Shown: one piece after another, positions 19,411 through 29,949 of the stretch
How the letters are laid out: every line of letters begins with the position of its first letter
How positions within the stretch are numbered: position 1 is the stretch's first letter
Assembly (NCBI GenBank): GCA_902595065.1
Contig: CACJOM010000002.1
Coordinates: 60,547 to 124,546 of the forward strand
Direction: 5' to 3'
DNA: 64,000 bases
Origin: an uncultured SAR86 cluster bacterium
Lineage (GTDB): Bacteria > Pseudomonadota > Gammaproteobacteria > Magnimaribacterales > D2472
Notes under the pieces: generated by a model
Seen by the model: only the letters and a program-made list of their open reading frames with translations
What the model was told of the DNA's origin: nothing
Databases searched by the model: none
Position numbers and translations under genes: made by a program

Positions 19411-20663
19411 TATAGATCCTCGATTCTAATAATTTTAGAATTTAAAACTTCCTGGTGACTATCTAGTGCCTTTAAAGCAATTTGCATCTCACTTTCAACA
19501 ATCGGGTCAGTAAAAATTACAACAGGAACATTGTTATTCTCTAATTGATCCTTTTGGATAACCTTATCAAAACCAATTGTGTGATCAGCAAAAATTTTGC
19601 TAATCAATGCCAAAACGCCAGGCTCATCTTTAACTTCTAAATAAACATAATATTTAAAAATTAGATCATCAAAATTCTGAAGAGGAGGTTTGCTTGAAAA
19701 GTCTGGATATAGCATTGGTGGTGATTTGCTATATCTTGAAAGTGCGAATAAATCTGAAATTAAACCAGAAGCTGTTGATTCTTTACCAGCACCAGAACCA
19801 GCTATATGAAATTCACCAAGAAGGTTTGTATCAAATTGAATGCCATTCCTGACACCTTTTAAACCTGCTAAGCTTGAGTCCTTTCGAAGCATTACTGGAT
19901 GGCTTCTTAACTCAACACCATTTTCATTTAATTGTGCAACTGCCAGATGCTTAACTGTCATATTGAAGTCATTTGCATAGGTAAAATCCTGTGTTTGAAT
20001 ATTCTCTATCCCTTCAATATAGAAATTTGGTGATGGAAGACCGCTATTAAAGGCTAATGCAGCAAGGATACCAATTTTATGAGCTGCATCAGTTCCATTA
20101 ACATCTAAACTTGGATCAGGCTCAGCATATCCCTTGCGTTGAGCTTCCTGCAAAACAGACTCATAAGAAGCGCCCTCCTCCATTTTGCTCAATATAAAAT
20201 TTGTTGTGCCATTAAGCATACCAGCAACTTTAAAAATTTTATTTGCGATTAAGTCATTAGAAAGGATCTTAATAGCAGGCGTTCCTGCGCAAACAGCTGA
20301 TTCAAATAAAAGTTGTACTTTATTCTTAAATGCTAATTCAATTAATTCTTCCCCATGCTCAAAAATCACAGCTTTATTTGCAGTGACAACATGCTTTCCA
20401 GAATTAAGAGCTCGCGTGATTAATTCTTTCGCTGTTTCAACTCCTCCAATTAACTCAACAAGCACATCTATATCTTCTTCAACAACTGCAAAAATATCTC
20501 TTAAGATTTTAGTGGAACCTGGATCACAGATAGGATTATCTCGTCGGGCACCAATACAGCAAATTTCAAAATTAGCATTGGCTTCATTCTCACTAACCAA
20601 CTGCTCATATAGCCCAGTTGCAACATTTCCCCAGCCACAAATACCTATTTTTAATTTAGCCAT
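19410..20663 (-). CDS. hom: homoserine dehydrogenase with C-terminal ACT domain
   Basis: 417-aa ORF. NAD-binding IGICGWGNVATG, LNGTTNFIL, and a C-terminal ACT-like segment are present. It overlaps thrC by 1 nt. Confidence 0.9.
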   Translation of the reverse strand: MAKLKIGICGWGNVATGLYEQLVSENEANANFEICCIGARRDNPICDPGSTKILRDIFAVVEEDIDVLVELIGGVETAKELITRALNSGKHVVTANKAVIFEHGEELIELAFKNKVQLLFESAVCAGTPAIKILSNDLIANKIFKVAGMLNGTTNFILSKMEEGASYESVLQEAQRKGYAEPDPSLDVNGTDAAHKIGILAALAFNSGLPSPNFYIEGIENIQTQDFTYANDFNMTVKHLAVAQLNENGVELRSHPVMLRKDSSLAGLKGVRNGIQFDTNLLGEFHIAGSGAGKESTASGLISDLFALSRYSKSPPMLYPDFSSKPPLQNFDDLIFKYYVYLEVKDEPGVLALISKIFADHTIGFDKVIQKDQLENNNVPVVIFTDPIVESEMQIALKALDSHQEVLNSKIIRIEDL

Positions 20664-20666
20664 AAT

Positions 20667-21380
20667 TTAATTTAATCTAGTTAGTAGCTCAGCAGGAGGA
20701 AGATATCCTGGAAGCAGTTCTCCATTAGATTTAATTATAGCTGGAGTCCCAGTAATGCCAATCTTTTGGCCAAGAAGAAAATGGCTTTCAACAGGATGAT
20801 CCAAACACATGGATATCTGCACATCTATACCTTGCTTCATTCTAGTTAATGTATCTTTTGGATCGTTTGAACACCAAGCTGTAACGATTTTATTATATGA
20901 AACAGATTCTGGTCCTGATCTCGGAAAGGCAACATAATTAACAGTTATACCAAGATCATTAAAATCCTTAATTTCATTATGGAATTTGCGACAATAACCG
21001 CAATCAACATCTGTAAAAATAGTAACTTGATGTTTTTCACTTGCAGATTTAAAAGTAATAAAATCATCCTGAGATAATGCGTTATCTAAAATACTTTTGC
21101 GTTTTAAGTTAATTTCATCCTTGGTTGTGTTTTGTAACATATTGCCATTTACTGCATACAATTCTCCATAAAAAAAGAAATCGCCATCTTTGGAGGCATA
21201 AATAGGCTGTAAATCTCCAATATCTACAACAAATAAATTCTCTATCTTTGATTCTTTTATGCTTTGTACCGTCATCCCTTCTGGAAGTACTGCATTTATC
21301 TTAGAGGCAATCTCAAGTTCATCAGATTCTATATTAGAAATAAAAATTAAAAGAAATACAGCTAATAATATCCTCATCAT
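20667..21380 (-). CDS. dsbC: thiol:disulfide interchange protein DsbC
   Basis: 237-aa ORF with a signal peptide and a CGYC active site (DVDCGYCRKFH). The xerD-dsbC-hom-thrC order matches Pseudomonas. Confidence 0.8.
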   Translation of the reverse strand: MMRILLAVFLLIFISNIESDELEIASKINAVLPEGMTVQSIKESKIENLFVVDIGDLQPIYASKDGDFFFYGELYAVNGNMLQNTTKDEINLKRKSILDNALSQDDFITFKSASEKHQVTIFTDVDCGYCRKFHNEIKDFNDLGITVNYVAFPRSGPESVSYNKIVTAWCSNDPKDTLTRMKQGIDVQISMCLDHPVESHFLLGQKIGITGTPAIIKSNGELLPGYLPPAELLTRLN

Positions 21381-21383
21381 TAA

Positions 21384-22286
21384 TCAACCTCTTGGGTGGT
21401 GTTGTTTAACCATATCGCTAAGTCTTTGTTTTGCGATATGAGTATATATCTGAGTTGTAGATAGATCACTATGGCCTAAAAGCATCTGAACTGAACGAAG
21501 GTCTGCACCATTATTAAGTAAATGTGTTGCAAATGCATGTCTTAAAGTATGTGGAGAAATATCCATGGAAAGTCCAACTGCTTGGAGATATGTCTTAATT
21601 CTGTGCCAAAAAGCCTGACGGGTAATTTTTTTTCCTTGTTGACTAATAAAAAAATCTCTTGAATTAAGAGATAAATTATTTTTTCTTCTAAACTCAATGT
21701 AATCAATTAACCATGAGAGAGCATTATCTCCAAAAGGAATCATTCTTTCTTTTCTTCCCTTGCCCATTACCTTGATCAAAGATCTATTTAAGTCAATATT
21801 GCTGTATTGTAAATTAATAAGCTCACTAATTCGCACACCAGTAGCATACATTAACTCAATCATAGTTCGATCTCTTAAACCAATAAAAGTGGTGCAATCT
21901 GGGGCATCAATTAAGCTTTGCACATCAATGATTGATAAAGACTTTGGTAAAGATTTAGCGTTCTTTAAGCCAGCAAAGTTTATTAAAGGATTAGATTTTA
22001 AAAGTTTTTTCTTGCTGAGATAGTAAAAAAAATGTTTCAAAGATGAGAGTTTTCTGTTGATGGTTGAGTGGGATAGATTTAAATTTTGAAAATGTTTTAG
22101 ATAACTTTGTATATCCTCTTCAGTTGTTCTTAACACCGGATGTTTTTTTGTTGATAGCAACCATTTACTAAAAGCCTGGCAATCGTTTGAATAAGCTTTA
22201 ATAGTATTTTCAGATAGACCTTTTTCAAGTCGAAGGCTTGATAAAAAAGAATCTATTAGGGGATCCTTTTTTAAGTCAAAAGACAT
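21384..22286 (-). CDS. xerD: site-specific tyrosine recombinase XerD
   Basis: 300-aa ORF. It has catalytic RHAFATHLL and LGHSDLSTTQIYTH, and the N-terminal LEKGLSENTIKAY typical of XerD. This is the chromosome-dimer resolvase, not evidence of a mobile element. Confidence 0.85.
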   Translation of the reverse strand: MSFDLKKDPLIDSFLSSLRLEKGLSENTIKAYSNDCQAFSKWLLSTKKHPVLRTTEEDIQSYLKHFQNLNLSHSTINRKLSSLKHFFYYLSKKKLLKSNPLINFAGLKNAKSLPKSLSIIDVQSLIDAPDCTTFIGLRDRTMIELMYATGVRISELINLQYSNIDLNRSLIKVMGKGRKERMIPFGDNALSWLIDYIEFRRKNNLSLNSRDFFISQQGKKITRQAFWHRIKTYLQAVGLSMDISPHTLRHAFATHLLNNGADLRSVQMLLGHSDLSTTQIYTHIAKQRLSDMVKQHHPRG

Positions 22287-22290
22287 GAGA

Positions 22291-22893
22291 TTAATCTAGT
22301 CTTTCTTTTATTCTTGCAGATCTACCAGATCTTTCTCTGAGGTAATAAAGTTTAGCTTGTCTTACATCACCCTTTCTTTTAACAGTTATAGAGTCAATCA
22401 TTGGGCTATGGAGTTGAAAAGTTCTTTCAACACCAATGCCGCTGGATATTTTCCTAACAATAAAAGCTGAATTAAGACCGGCTTTTTTTATGTTCATGAC
22501 TACCCCTTCAAAAGCCTGCAACCTTGTTCTATCTCCCTCTCTAACTTTTACGGATACTACAACAGTATCTCCAGGTCTGAATGATGGTATATCTTCCTTT
22601 AATTGGCTTGCTTCAAACGATTCAATAATTTGCGCAGGTGTTTTTTCATCAACCGAAATTGGTGCAGCTTCTTCAGCCTGTTCCTCTGCTGGTACCTCAT
22701 CAGTTGCATGCACTTCTTCTTGAGGAACTTCGGATTCTGAAGCCTCTTCAGATGATAAACCTTCAGAAGATGCAGGAGAATCCGTGACTTCTTCAGAAGC
22801 TTCTGCTGATGAAGATTCATCTGAAACAGCTTCGTTTGCATCAACATTTTCAGTTGTTGTTGCTTCTATATTTTCGTTATCTTTATCTGCCAT
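22291..22893 (-). CDS. rplS: 50S ribosomal protein L19 with ~85-aa acidic N-terminal extension
   Basis: 200-aa ORF. The C-terminal 115 aa ([23 protein letters not shown]...[19 protein letters not shown]) is canonical L19. There is no in-frame ATG/GTG/TTG between M1 and the conserved domain. Confidence 0.9.
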   Translation of the reverse strand: MADKDNENIEATTTENVDANEAVSDESSSAEASEEVTDSPASSEGLSSEEASESEVPQEEVHATDEVPAEEQAEEAAPISVDEKTPAQIIESFEASQLKEDIPSFRPGDTVVVSVKVREGDRTRLQAFEGVVMNIKKAGLNSAFIVRKISSGIGVERTFQLHSPMIDSITVKRKGDVRQAKLYYLRERSGRSARIKERLD

Positions 22894-22913
22894 GATTTTG
22901 CCTAAAAAATGAG

Positions 22914-23645
22914 CTATAGGATACGCTTAGAAGCTAAATCTTCCAAGAGTTTTTTTTGTTTTTTTGTTAATTTTATATTTTGTAATAATTCTGGCCTTCT
23001 TTCAAAAGTTCTTATCAAAGCTTGATTTTCTCTCCATTCCTCTATTTTTTGATGATCTCCTGATAGCAATATCTCAGGAACTAGCTCTGTATTGAAATTT
23101 TCAGGCCTTGTAAATACTGGTCCTTTTAAAAGGCCTTGACTTAATGAGTCTTGCTCAACAGATCTTACATTACCAATAACTCCTGGAATAAATCTTGATA
23201 AAGAATCAATAAGAGCCAATGCGGCAAACTCCCCTCCGCTTAAAATAAAGTCACCAATTGAAATTTCTTCATGGATATATTGTGAAATAAATCTTTCATC
23301 AATTCCTTCATATCTTCCTGCAATAATAGTGATACATGTTAAAGAAGATAGTTCTTTAGCTTTTTTATGACTTAAAAGTTTGCCTTGCGGAGAGAGATTT
23401 ATTACTCTTCCCAAAAGATCGTCTGGAATATCTTTAAGTGACTTCTCTAGGGGTTCAGCCATAAGTACCATGCCCTCTCCACCACCATAAGGCTTATCAT
23501 CAACCTGGCCATGCTTATTCATGTGATAATCTCGTAAATTCAGGATATTAATTTGAATGTCCTCTCTATCTATGGCCTGGCCAAGCACACCATAATTTAA
23601 TGCTTCAAAAATTTCAGGAAACAAAGTAATGATATTAATCTTCAT
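22914..23645 (-). CDS. trmD: tRNA (guanine37-N1)-methyltransferase
   Basis: 243-aa [21 protein letters not shown] and [10 protein letters not shown] motifs are present. Confidence 0.95.
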   Translation of the reverse strand: MKINIITLFPEIFEALNYGVLGQAIDREDIQINILNLRDYHMNKHGQVDDKPYGGGEGMVLMAEPLEKSLKDIPDDLLGRVINLSPQGKLLSHKKAKELSSLTCITIIAGRYEGIDERFISQYIHEEISIGDFILSGGEFAALALIDSLSRFIPGVIGNVRSVEQDSLSQGLLKGPVFTRPENFNTELVPEILLSGDHQKIEEWRENQALIRTFERRPELLQNIKLTKKQKKLLEDLASKRIL

Positions 23646-23651
23646 AAAAAA

Positions 23652-24188
23652 TTAATAATCTTCCTGCCAATCAACTAATATTGAATTTTTTGATTTTTCA
23701 ACCGAAATAATGACTCTATTCTTAATAAAAGGAATCAAAATATTTTTTATTTGTTTTTTCATTGGTTTTACAACAAGAATGTCATTAGCTCCATAGTTAT
23801 TAACTTCGTCAACACGACCAAGGTGTTGGCCTTCAAGATTTATAACATCCATACCCACTAACTCAAACCAATAAGCTTCATTGGTTTCTAGTTCGGGTAG
23901 TTCTGATTTAAGAATATATATGTCCTTTTGACCAAATTCACTAATCTCATCAACATCATCAAAGGTTTTAAGCTTTGCAATAATATTTGCATTACTCTCT
24001 TTCATGTATTCAAAATGCACTTCTTCCATTGCTGACGATGATAAAGCGAAAAACTTTTTAAAGGAAAATAGTGTTGCTGGGGTTTGGGCAAATGATCTAA
24101 GAAAAAACTCCCCTTTGAGACCTCTGGTTTTGCCTATTTTGGCAATGAGGATAAATAGCGAAAGATCTGCTGTATTATTTTTTCTCAT
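23652..24188 (-). CDS. rimM: 16S rRNA processing protein RimM
   Basis: 178-aa ORF with N-terminal IGKTRGLKGEF, a PRC-barrel C-terminal half, and the expected position in the rpsP operon. Confidence 0.85.
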   Translation of the reverse strand: MRKNNTADLSLFILIAKIGKTRGLKGEFFLRSFAQTPATLFSFKKFFALSSSAMEEVHFEYMKESNANIIAKLKTFDDVDEISEFGQKDIYILKSELPELETNEAYWFELVGMDVINLEGQHLGRVDEVNNYGANDILVVKPMKKQIKNILIPFIKNRVIISVEKSKNSILVDWQEDY

Positions 24189-24189
24189 C

Positions 24190-24530
24190 GTCTGAAGATT
24201 CTTCTTCAGATTCTTCTACTGGAGCTTCTTCTGCTGGAACTTCTTCTGTGACTTCCTCAGCTGCTTCTTCTGCTGGAGCTTCTTCTTCAGCTTCTTCTTC
24301 AGCTGCTTCTTCAGGTGCTGCTTCTTCTGCTGGAACTTCTTCTTCAGCTGCTTCTTCAGGTGCTGCTTATTCTGCTGGAGCTTCTTCTTCAGGTGCTTCT
24401 TCTGCTGGAGCTTCTTCTTCAGCTGCTTCTTCAGGTGCTGCTTCTTCTGCTGGAGCTTCTTCTATGACTTCTTCTGCTGCTTCTTCTGCTGGAGCTTCTT
24501 CTGTAACTTCCTCTGCTGCTTCTTTAGCTT
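24190..24530 (-). repeat. In-frame GAA/GCA-rich tandem repeat (45-nt unit, about 3.7 copies plus degenerate flanks) encoding (E/A/P)n
   Basis: Near-identical 45-nt units lie at 24301-24345, 24346-24390 and 24421-24463 (plus strand agctgcttcttcaggtgctgcttcttctgctggaRcttcttcttc), with a 30-nt partial unit at 24391-24420. The repeat spans the rpsP stop codon. Confidence 0.85.
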
Positions 24531-24870
24531 GCGCTTCTAAGTCAGCTATCTTTTGTGCTTTTATTGCTTCTTTCTTTTGCGCTCTTTTATCTTTTTTTGC
24601 ATCAAGCTTGGCTTGAAGCTCATCTGGAGAAAGTCTTGCATCTTTAGCTAATTCTTTAACTTTATCTGAAAGCTGAGCTCCTTGAGAAATCCAATGATCT
24701 AGTCTTTCTACATTAAACCTCATTCTTTCTTCAGAGCCTTTTGCTGAAGGATTAAAAAAACCCAAGCGCTCAATAAATGCACCATCTCTTGGTTTTCTGG
24801 AATCAGCAACCGTTATAAAATAATACGGGTTTTTTTTGGCCCCACTTTTTGCAAGTCTAACTACTACCAT
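24367..24870 (-). CDS. rpsP: 30S ribosomal protein S16 with long Lys/Ala/Glu/Pro C-terminal extension (as annotated, ends at TAA inside a repeat)
   Basis: The first ~82 aa ([41 protein letters not shown]...) are canonical S16. An 85-aa low-complexity tail follows. Confidence 0.9.
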   Translation of the reverse strand: MVVVRLAKSGAKKNPYYFITVADSRKPRDGAFIERLGFFNPSAKGSEERMRFNVERLDHWISQGAQLSDKVKELAKDARLSPDELQAKLDAKKDKRAQKKEAIKAQKIADLEAQAKEAAEEVTEEAPAEEAAEEVIEEAPAEEAAPEEAAEEEAPAEEAPEEEAPAE

Positions 24871-24916
24871 AATAAAAATTATCTATTAATAAAATGGTGT
24901 GTATTTTAGGTTAACC

Positions 24917-24944
24917 TTGACGAATTTGATAGTGTTAATATATA
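24917..24944 (+). promoter_or_regulatory. candidate sigma70 promoter for ypjD-like/yfjD
   Basis: TTGACG (24917-24922), a 16-nt spacer, then TATATA (24939-24944), 22 nt upstream of the GTG start at 24967. This rests on sequence match only. Confidence 0.3.
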
Positions 24945-24966
24945 AAGATTACAAAAAAATAAGATT

Positions 24967-25530
24967 GTGTCATTTCCATTAACTACATTTATAGCTTTAA
25001 TTAGCTATTTTATATCTCGAGCGTTTTTAAAGTCATCAAAGCAAGTTTACGTAGGGCTATTTTTAGCTTTGCTAATGATTGTTGGTATAATGGCTTACTC
25101 AAAAGGTATTTCTATATTAGGACTCCACATTTCTGCTACAAGTTTTAGCATTGTGATATTGATAGTTACTTTTTTTGAAACAACCATGCTAGAAAGGCAC
25201 ATAACAAAGATCAAAAAAGGAGAAATTGGGTCTAATGAAAAATCTGTAGAAAGAGAATATAACGAAATATTTGTTTTAATTGGATTTGGACTGCTAGGAA
25301 TAATTTTATCTCTTGTTTCTGGGCTTATGGTTCTTGGTGAACTTGATTTAGAATTAATTTTTAAAATTGTCTTTACTTTGTTTGCTTTGATTATTTATAT
25401 GCTTACATTTTTAGGGATAAAATATGCAAATTTAAAAGTTCGATACGCAGTTAGAGGGACTATTCTTTCTTTTGCTATGGTTCTTTTGGCATATTTTGGA
25501 AATTCAATTTTTTTAATAAACTTTATATAA
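24967..25530 (+). CDS. ypjD: YpjD-like (CcsA-related) inner-membrane protein, shortened
   Basis: 187-aa ORF with a GTG start, multi-pass. From memory, its C-terminus (IVFTLFALIIYML...VLLAYFGNSIFL) resembles E. coli YpjD (...LTLAYFGSRIV). It sits directly upstream of yfjD, as in E. coli and Pseudomonas. Confidence 0.5.
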   Translation: MSFPLTTFIALISYFISRAFLKSSKQVYVGLFLALLMIVGIMAYSKGISILGLHISATSFSIVILIVTFFETTMLERHITKIKKGEIGSNEKSVEREYNEIFVLIGFGLLGIILSLVSGLMVLGELDLELIFKIVFTLFALIIYMLTFLGIKYANLKVRYAVRGTILSFAMVLLAYFGNSIFLINFI

Positions 25531-25537
25531 ATTCCTC

Positions 25538-26791
25538 TTGGGCACTAATTCAATTTCTTTTTTATTTTTAGCACTGCTTGTGTTGCTGATCTTTTCTGCA
25601 TTTTCCTCTGGTTCTGAGACTGGGATGATGGCATCCAATAAAGTGAAATTAGGAAATTTGTCAAAGGGTTCAAAGGGTGCAAGAAGAGCACTTAAGTTGC
25701 TGCAAAGACCTGATGTACTACTTGCATCAATTTTGATTGGTAATAACTTTGCTAATATCTTGGCTTCTGCGATAGTAACAATAATAATGATTGACTACTT
25801 TGGTGGTAATGTATTGCTTGGCTCAATCATTCTAACCCTTGTTATCTTAATTTTTTCTGAGATAACTCCAAAAACCATTGCAAGTGTTTACCCAGAAAGT
25901 TTTGCAACTAAATCATCATGGCTATTAAAAACATTAGTAATTATTTTTAGACCATTGGTCTGGCTAACTAATATTCTGAGCTCAAGAATACTTAGACTGT
26001 TTAATGTTGATCCAATGCAATCAGCAACCAATGATAATTTAAACTCTGATGAATTAAGAACATTGCTTGATGATCATGGTGATTTAATTCCAAATCAATC
26101 TAGAGAGATGCTTTCCTCAATCCTAGGTATGGAAGAATTAACGGTTGAAGATATCATGACACCTCATGCTGAAATTATTGGAATAGACATCACAAAAAGT
26201 GTTGAAGACGCTCAAAAAATTATTGGCTCATCTTATTACAGCAGACTACCAGTTTTTAAAAAATCTATTGATCAAGTAATTGGAATGTTACATCTAAAAG
26301 ACTCACATGAGTTTATTGAGGTCTTTGAAGCCGGAAGTGATGTAAAAAGCATACTTTTTGATACAACATTCATATCTCAGTCTACAACTATTTCCACTCA
26401 ACTTAGTCAATTCCAAAAGCAGGATAATAATCTTTCATTAGTAGTTGATGAATATGGTGAAATACAAGGGCTTTTGACTATGGAGGATATTTTTACAGAG
26501 ATAGTTGGAAAATTTGGTGCCGCTAAAGCGGAATTAGAGAAAGAATTCCTTGTAAAGAAAGACGGTACGGTTATTGCAGATGGAAACTCAAAAATTAGAG
26601 AATTAAATAATTTTATGAATTGGGATATTGACGAAGATGGTTCAAAAACGATCAATGGAGCAATTACTGATTTCCTTGATCAAATTCCTCAAGAAAATGT
26701 CTGCTTGGAAATTGATGATTACAGAATAGAAATTTTAAATATAGATGATAATTCTATTGAAAAAGTAAAAATTAAAAAAAAGGAGAGCTAA
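25538..26791 (+). CDS. yfjD: CNNM/CorB-type transporter (DUF21 + CBS pair + CorC_HlyC)
   Basis: 417-aa ORF with a TTG start. The N-terminal SAFSSGSETGMMA...LIGNNFANILAS closely parallels E. coli YfjD. CBS-pair and C-terminal transporter-associated regions are present. Confidence 0.85.
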   Translation: MGTNSISFLFLALLVLLIFSAFSSGSETGMMASNKVKLGNLSKGSKGARRALKLLQRPDVLLASILIGNNFANILASAIVTIIMIDYFGGNVLLGSIILTLVILIFSEITPKTIASVYPESFATKSSWLLKTLVIIFRPLVWLTNILSSRILRLFNVDPMQSATNDNLNSDELRTLLDDHGDLIPNQSREMLSSILGMEELTVEDIMTPHAEIIGIDITKSVEDAQKIIGSSYYSRLPVFKKSIDQVIGMLHLKDSHEFIEVFEAGSDVKSILFDTTFISQSTTISTQLSQFQKQDNNLSLVVDEYGEIQGLLTMEDIFTEIVGKFGAAKAELEKEFLVKKDGTVIADGNSKIRELNNFMNWDIDEDGSKTINGAITDFLDQIPQENVCLEIDDYRIEILNIDDNSIEKVKIKKKES

Positions 26792-26810
26792 ACTCTCCTT
26801 TTAAAATTTT
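26774..26810. terminator. bidirectional intrinsic terminator between convergent yfjD and the 26818-27447 gene
   Basis: The stem is AAGGAGAG (26780-26787) paired with CTCTCCTT (26793-26800), with a 5-nt loop. It is flanked by an A-run on the left and a T-rich run on the right. It overlaps the yfjD stop codon. Confidence 0.7.
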
Positions 26811-26817
26811 TGGTGCG

Positions 26818-27447
26818 TTACAAATAATGAACTAATAGTCCAAAGATTAATGTTAGAACAACTCCAGAATGTATAACTGCTTTTACAGAAGTAATCATTG
26901 CATTCATTTTTCCAAATAGTGCATTTGCCTCGATTAACAAAATAATTGCCAAACCTATCCAAAGACTATTCATGCTTGTTTCTGCAATCATTGGCAAAGC
27001 ACCACCATGAGCAGAATAGACCATCAAGTAAAGCATTGGCAATGAAAACAAAGTGTTGGTTCGAGAAGCCAGTCCTGCTTTAGCGCCTGCATCTGCTGCG
27101 TCAGGAGCACCAGCAATAACTTTCTTTTGATTTGGCCAAATAACAAACCAAACATTTGCGGCCATAAATGTCGCCATTACTGCGCCCAACACAATACCAA
27201 TATTAACTGTAATACTTAACCAATATAGTAAATACAAACCAGTTAAAAATGTAAACGCTGCTGCCCATCTAAAGTACCACAAAGCATTTGGAACTAATTT
27301 CTGAACTACATCGGACTTTGCAGAAGCTTCTGACTCTTTGAAATATTCAGTTTGGACAAAATTAAAGTAATAAAGTAGTCCTATCCAAAGCACTCCAAAA
27401 AGAATGTGAGCAAATCTGATTAGCACTGTTCCAAGATACGCTTCCAT
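26818..27447 (-). CDS. hypothetical multi-pass membrane protein
   Basis: The ORF track starts at TTG 27453. ATG 27447 sits 7 nt from AGGAG (27455-27459) and is the better start. There are about 5-6 hydrophobic spans. The N-terminal HILFGVLWIGLLYYFNFVQ motif is reminiscent of the membrane domain of PuuD-type proteins, but that is from memory only. Confidence 0.5.
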   Translation of the reverse strand: MEAYLGTVLIRFAHILFGVLWIGLLYYFNFVQTEYFKESEASAKSDVVQKLVPNALWYFRWAAAFTFLTGLYLLYWLSITVNIGIVLGAVMATFMAANVWFVIWPNQKKVIAGAPDAADAGAKAGLASRTNTLFSLPMLYLMVYSAHGGALPMIAETSMNSLWIGLAIILLIEANALFGKMNAMITSVKAVIHSGVVLTLIFGLLVHYL

Positions 27448-27496
27448 ATTCAAACTCCTAAAATTAAAGTTGTGATTAAATAATTATATATCTTGC

Positions 27497-27531
27497 AAAA
27501 AAAAACGGGGAAGAAACCCCGTTTTTTTTAA
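27497..27531 (-). terminator. intrinsic terminator of groESL
   Basis: The minus strand reads ACGGGG-UUUCUU-CCCCGU followed by nine U. The stems are at 27505-27510 and 27517-27522, about 25 nt downstream of the groEL stop. Confidence 0.85.
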
Positions 27532-27546
27532 ATTATAGCAAATGAC

Positions 27547-29211
<1,665 letters not shown>

Positions 29212-29231
29212 CTAATAATTAATTAAATTTT

Positions 29232-29519
29232 TTAACTGAAAATGCCGTAAATATCACTTTCACTGAGCATAAGATATTCATCACCATCAATTTTTACTTC
29301 ATTGCCGCCATACTGACCAAATATCACTAAGTCACCAACTTTGACGCCCATTGGAGCAACTTCTCCATTATCCTGTCTCTTTCCAGGCCCAACAGCAACA
29401 ACTTCACCCTGAGAAGGCTTTTCTGTAGCTGAGCCAGGCAAAACAATTCCACCAGGTGTAGTTTGTTCTTCATCTGTTCTTTTAACTAAAACTTTATCGT
29501 GTAAAGGTTTCAATTTCAT
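29232..29519 (-). CDS. groES: co-chaperonin GroES
   Basis: 95-aa ORF ([14 protein letters not shown]...GGIVLPGSA). AGGAG lies 8 nt upstream. Confidence 0.95.
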   Translation of the reverse strand: MKLKPLHDKVLVKRTDEEQTTPGGIVLPGSATEKPSQGEVVAVGPGKRQDNGEVAPMGVKVGDLVIFGQYGGNEVKIDGDEYLMLSESDIYGIFS

Positions 29520-29598
29520 TGCAAATCTCCTGCTTTAAAAATAACAATTTCCCCTATAACTTAAGGCTAAGTGTTATCTATGGCTTAAAAAAATTAAT

Positions 29599-29949
29599 TC
29601 AATAGTTCGGATATAAATCTTTTAACAAATTTATGAAGAAACTTCCGACTAAGATTCCTAAGAAATCAGCGAAAATATCTAAAAATTCAAAAGACCGATA
29701 GGGTATATATATCTGAATTATCTCAATCAATATTCCGTAGGCGAGGACTATAACATAAAGCCATAATTCCTTGGAAATAATTCTGCTTAGCCAGCTAATA
29801 ATAATTAGATATAAAAAACAAAAAAAATGAAGCAATTTATCACTCAAGTTTACTGAGGATTCGACCTCAAGCTCCTGAACGGAAAGAATTGATATAAATA
29901 CTACAGAAATTACAAGAATAAACCTTGAAATATGCCTAATTACTAGCAT
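29599..29949 (-). CDS. VanZ-like membrane protein
   Basis: 116-aa ORF with 4 hydrophobic spans. It shows the DKxxHFxxF...E.IQ...P.R.F...D pattern of the VanZ family. It overlaps the ampG stop by 14 nt. Confidence 0.6.
   Translation of the reverse strand: MLVIRHISRFILVISVVFISILSVQELEVESSVNLSDKLLHFFCFLYLIIISWLSRIISKELWLYVIVLAYGILIEIIQIYIPYRSFEFLDIFADFLGILVGSFFINLLKDLYPNY

Noticed and set aside
24248-24616. 122-aa Ser/Ala-rich plus-strand ORF ([14 protein letters not shown]...)
   Set aside because: It is the antisense reading of the GAA/GCA-rich rpsP repeat. It is low-complexity shadow sequence with no independent start or RBS signal, and it overlaps a well-supported ribosomal protein gene.
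29533-29559. Sigma32-like CTTTAAA-N11-CCCCTATAA upstream of groES
   Set aside because: The motif is on the plus strand and points away from groES (minus strand). On the correct strand I see no CCCCAT-type -10, so I do not call a heat-shock promoter.
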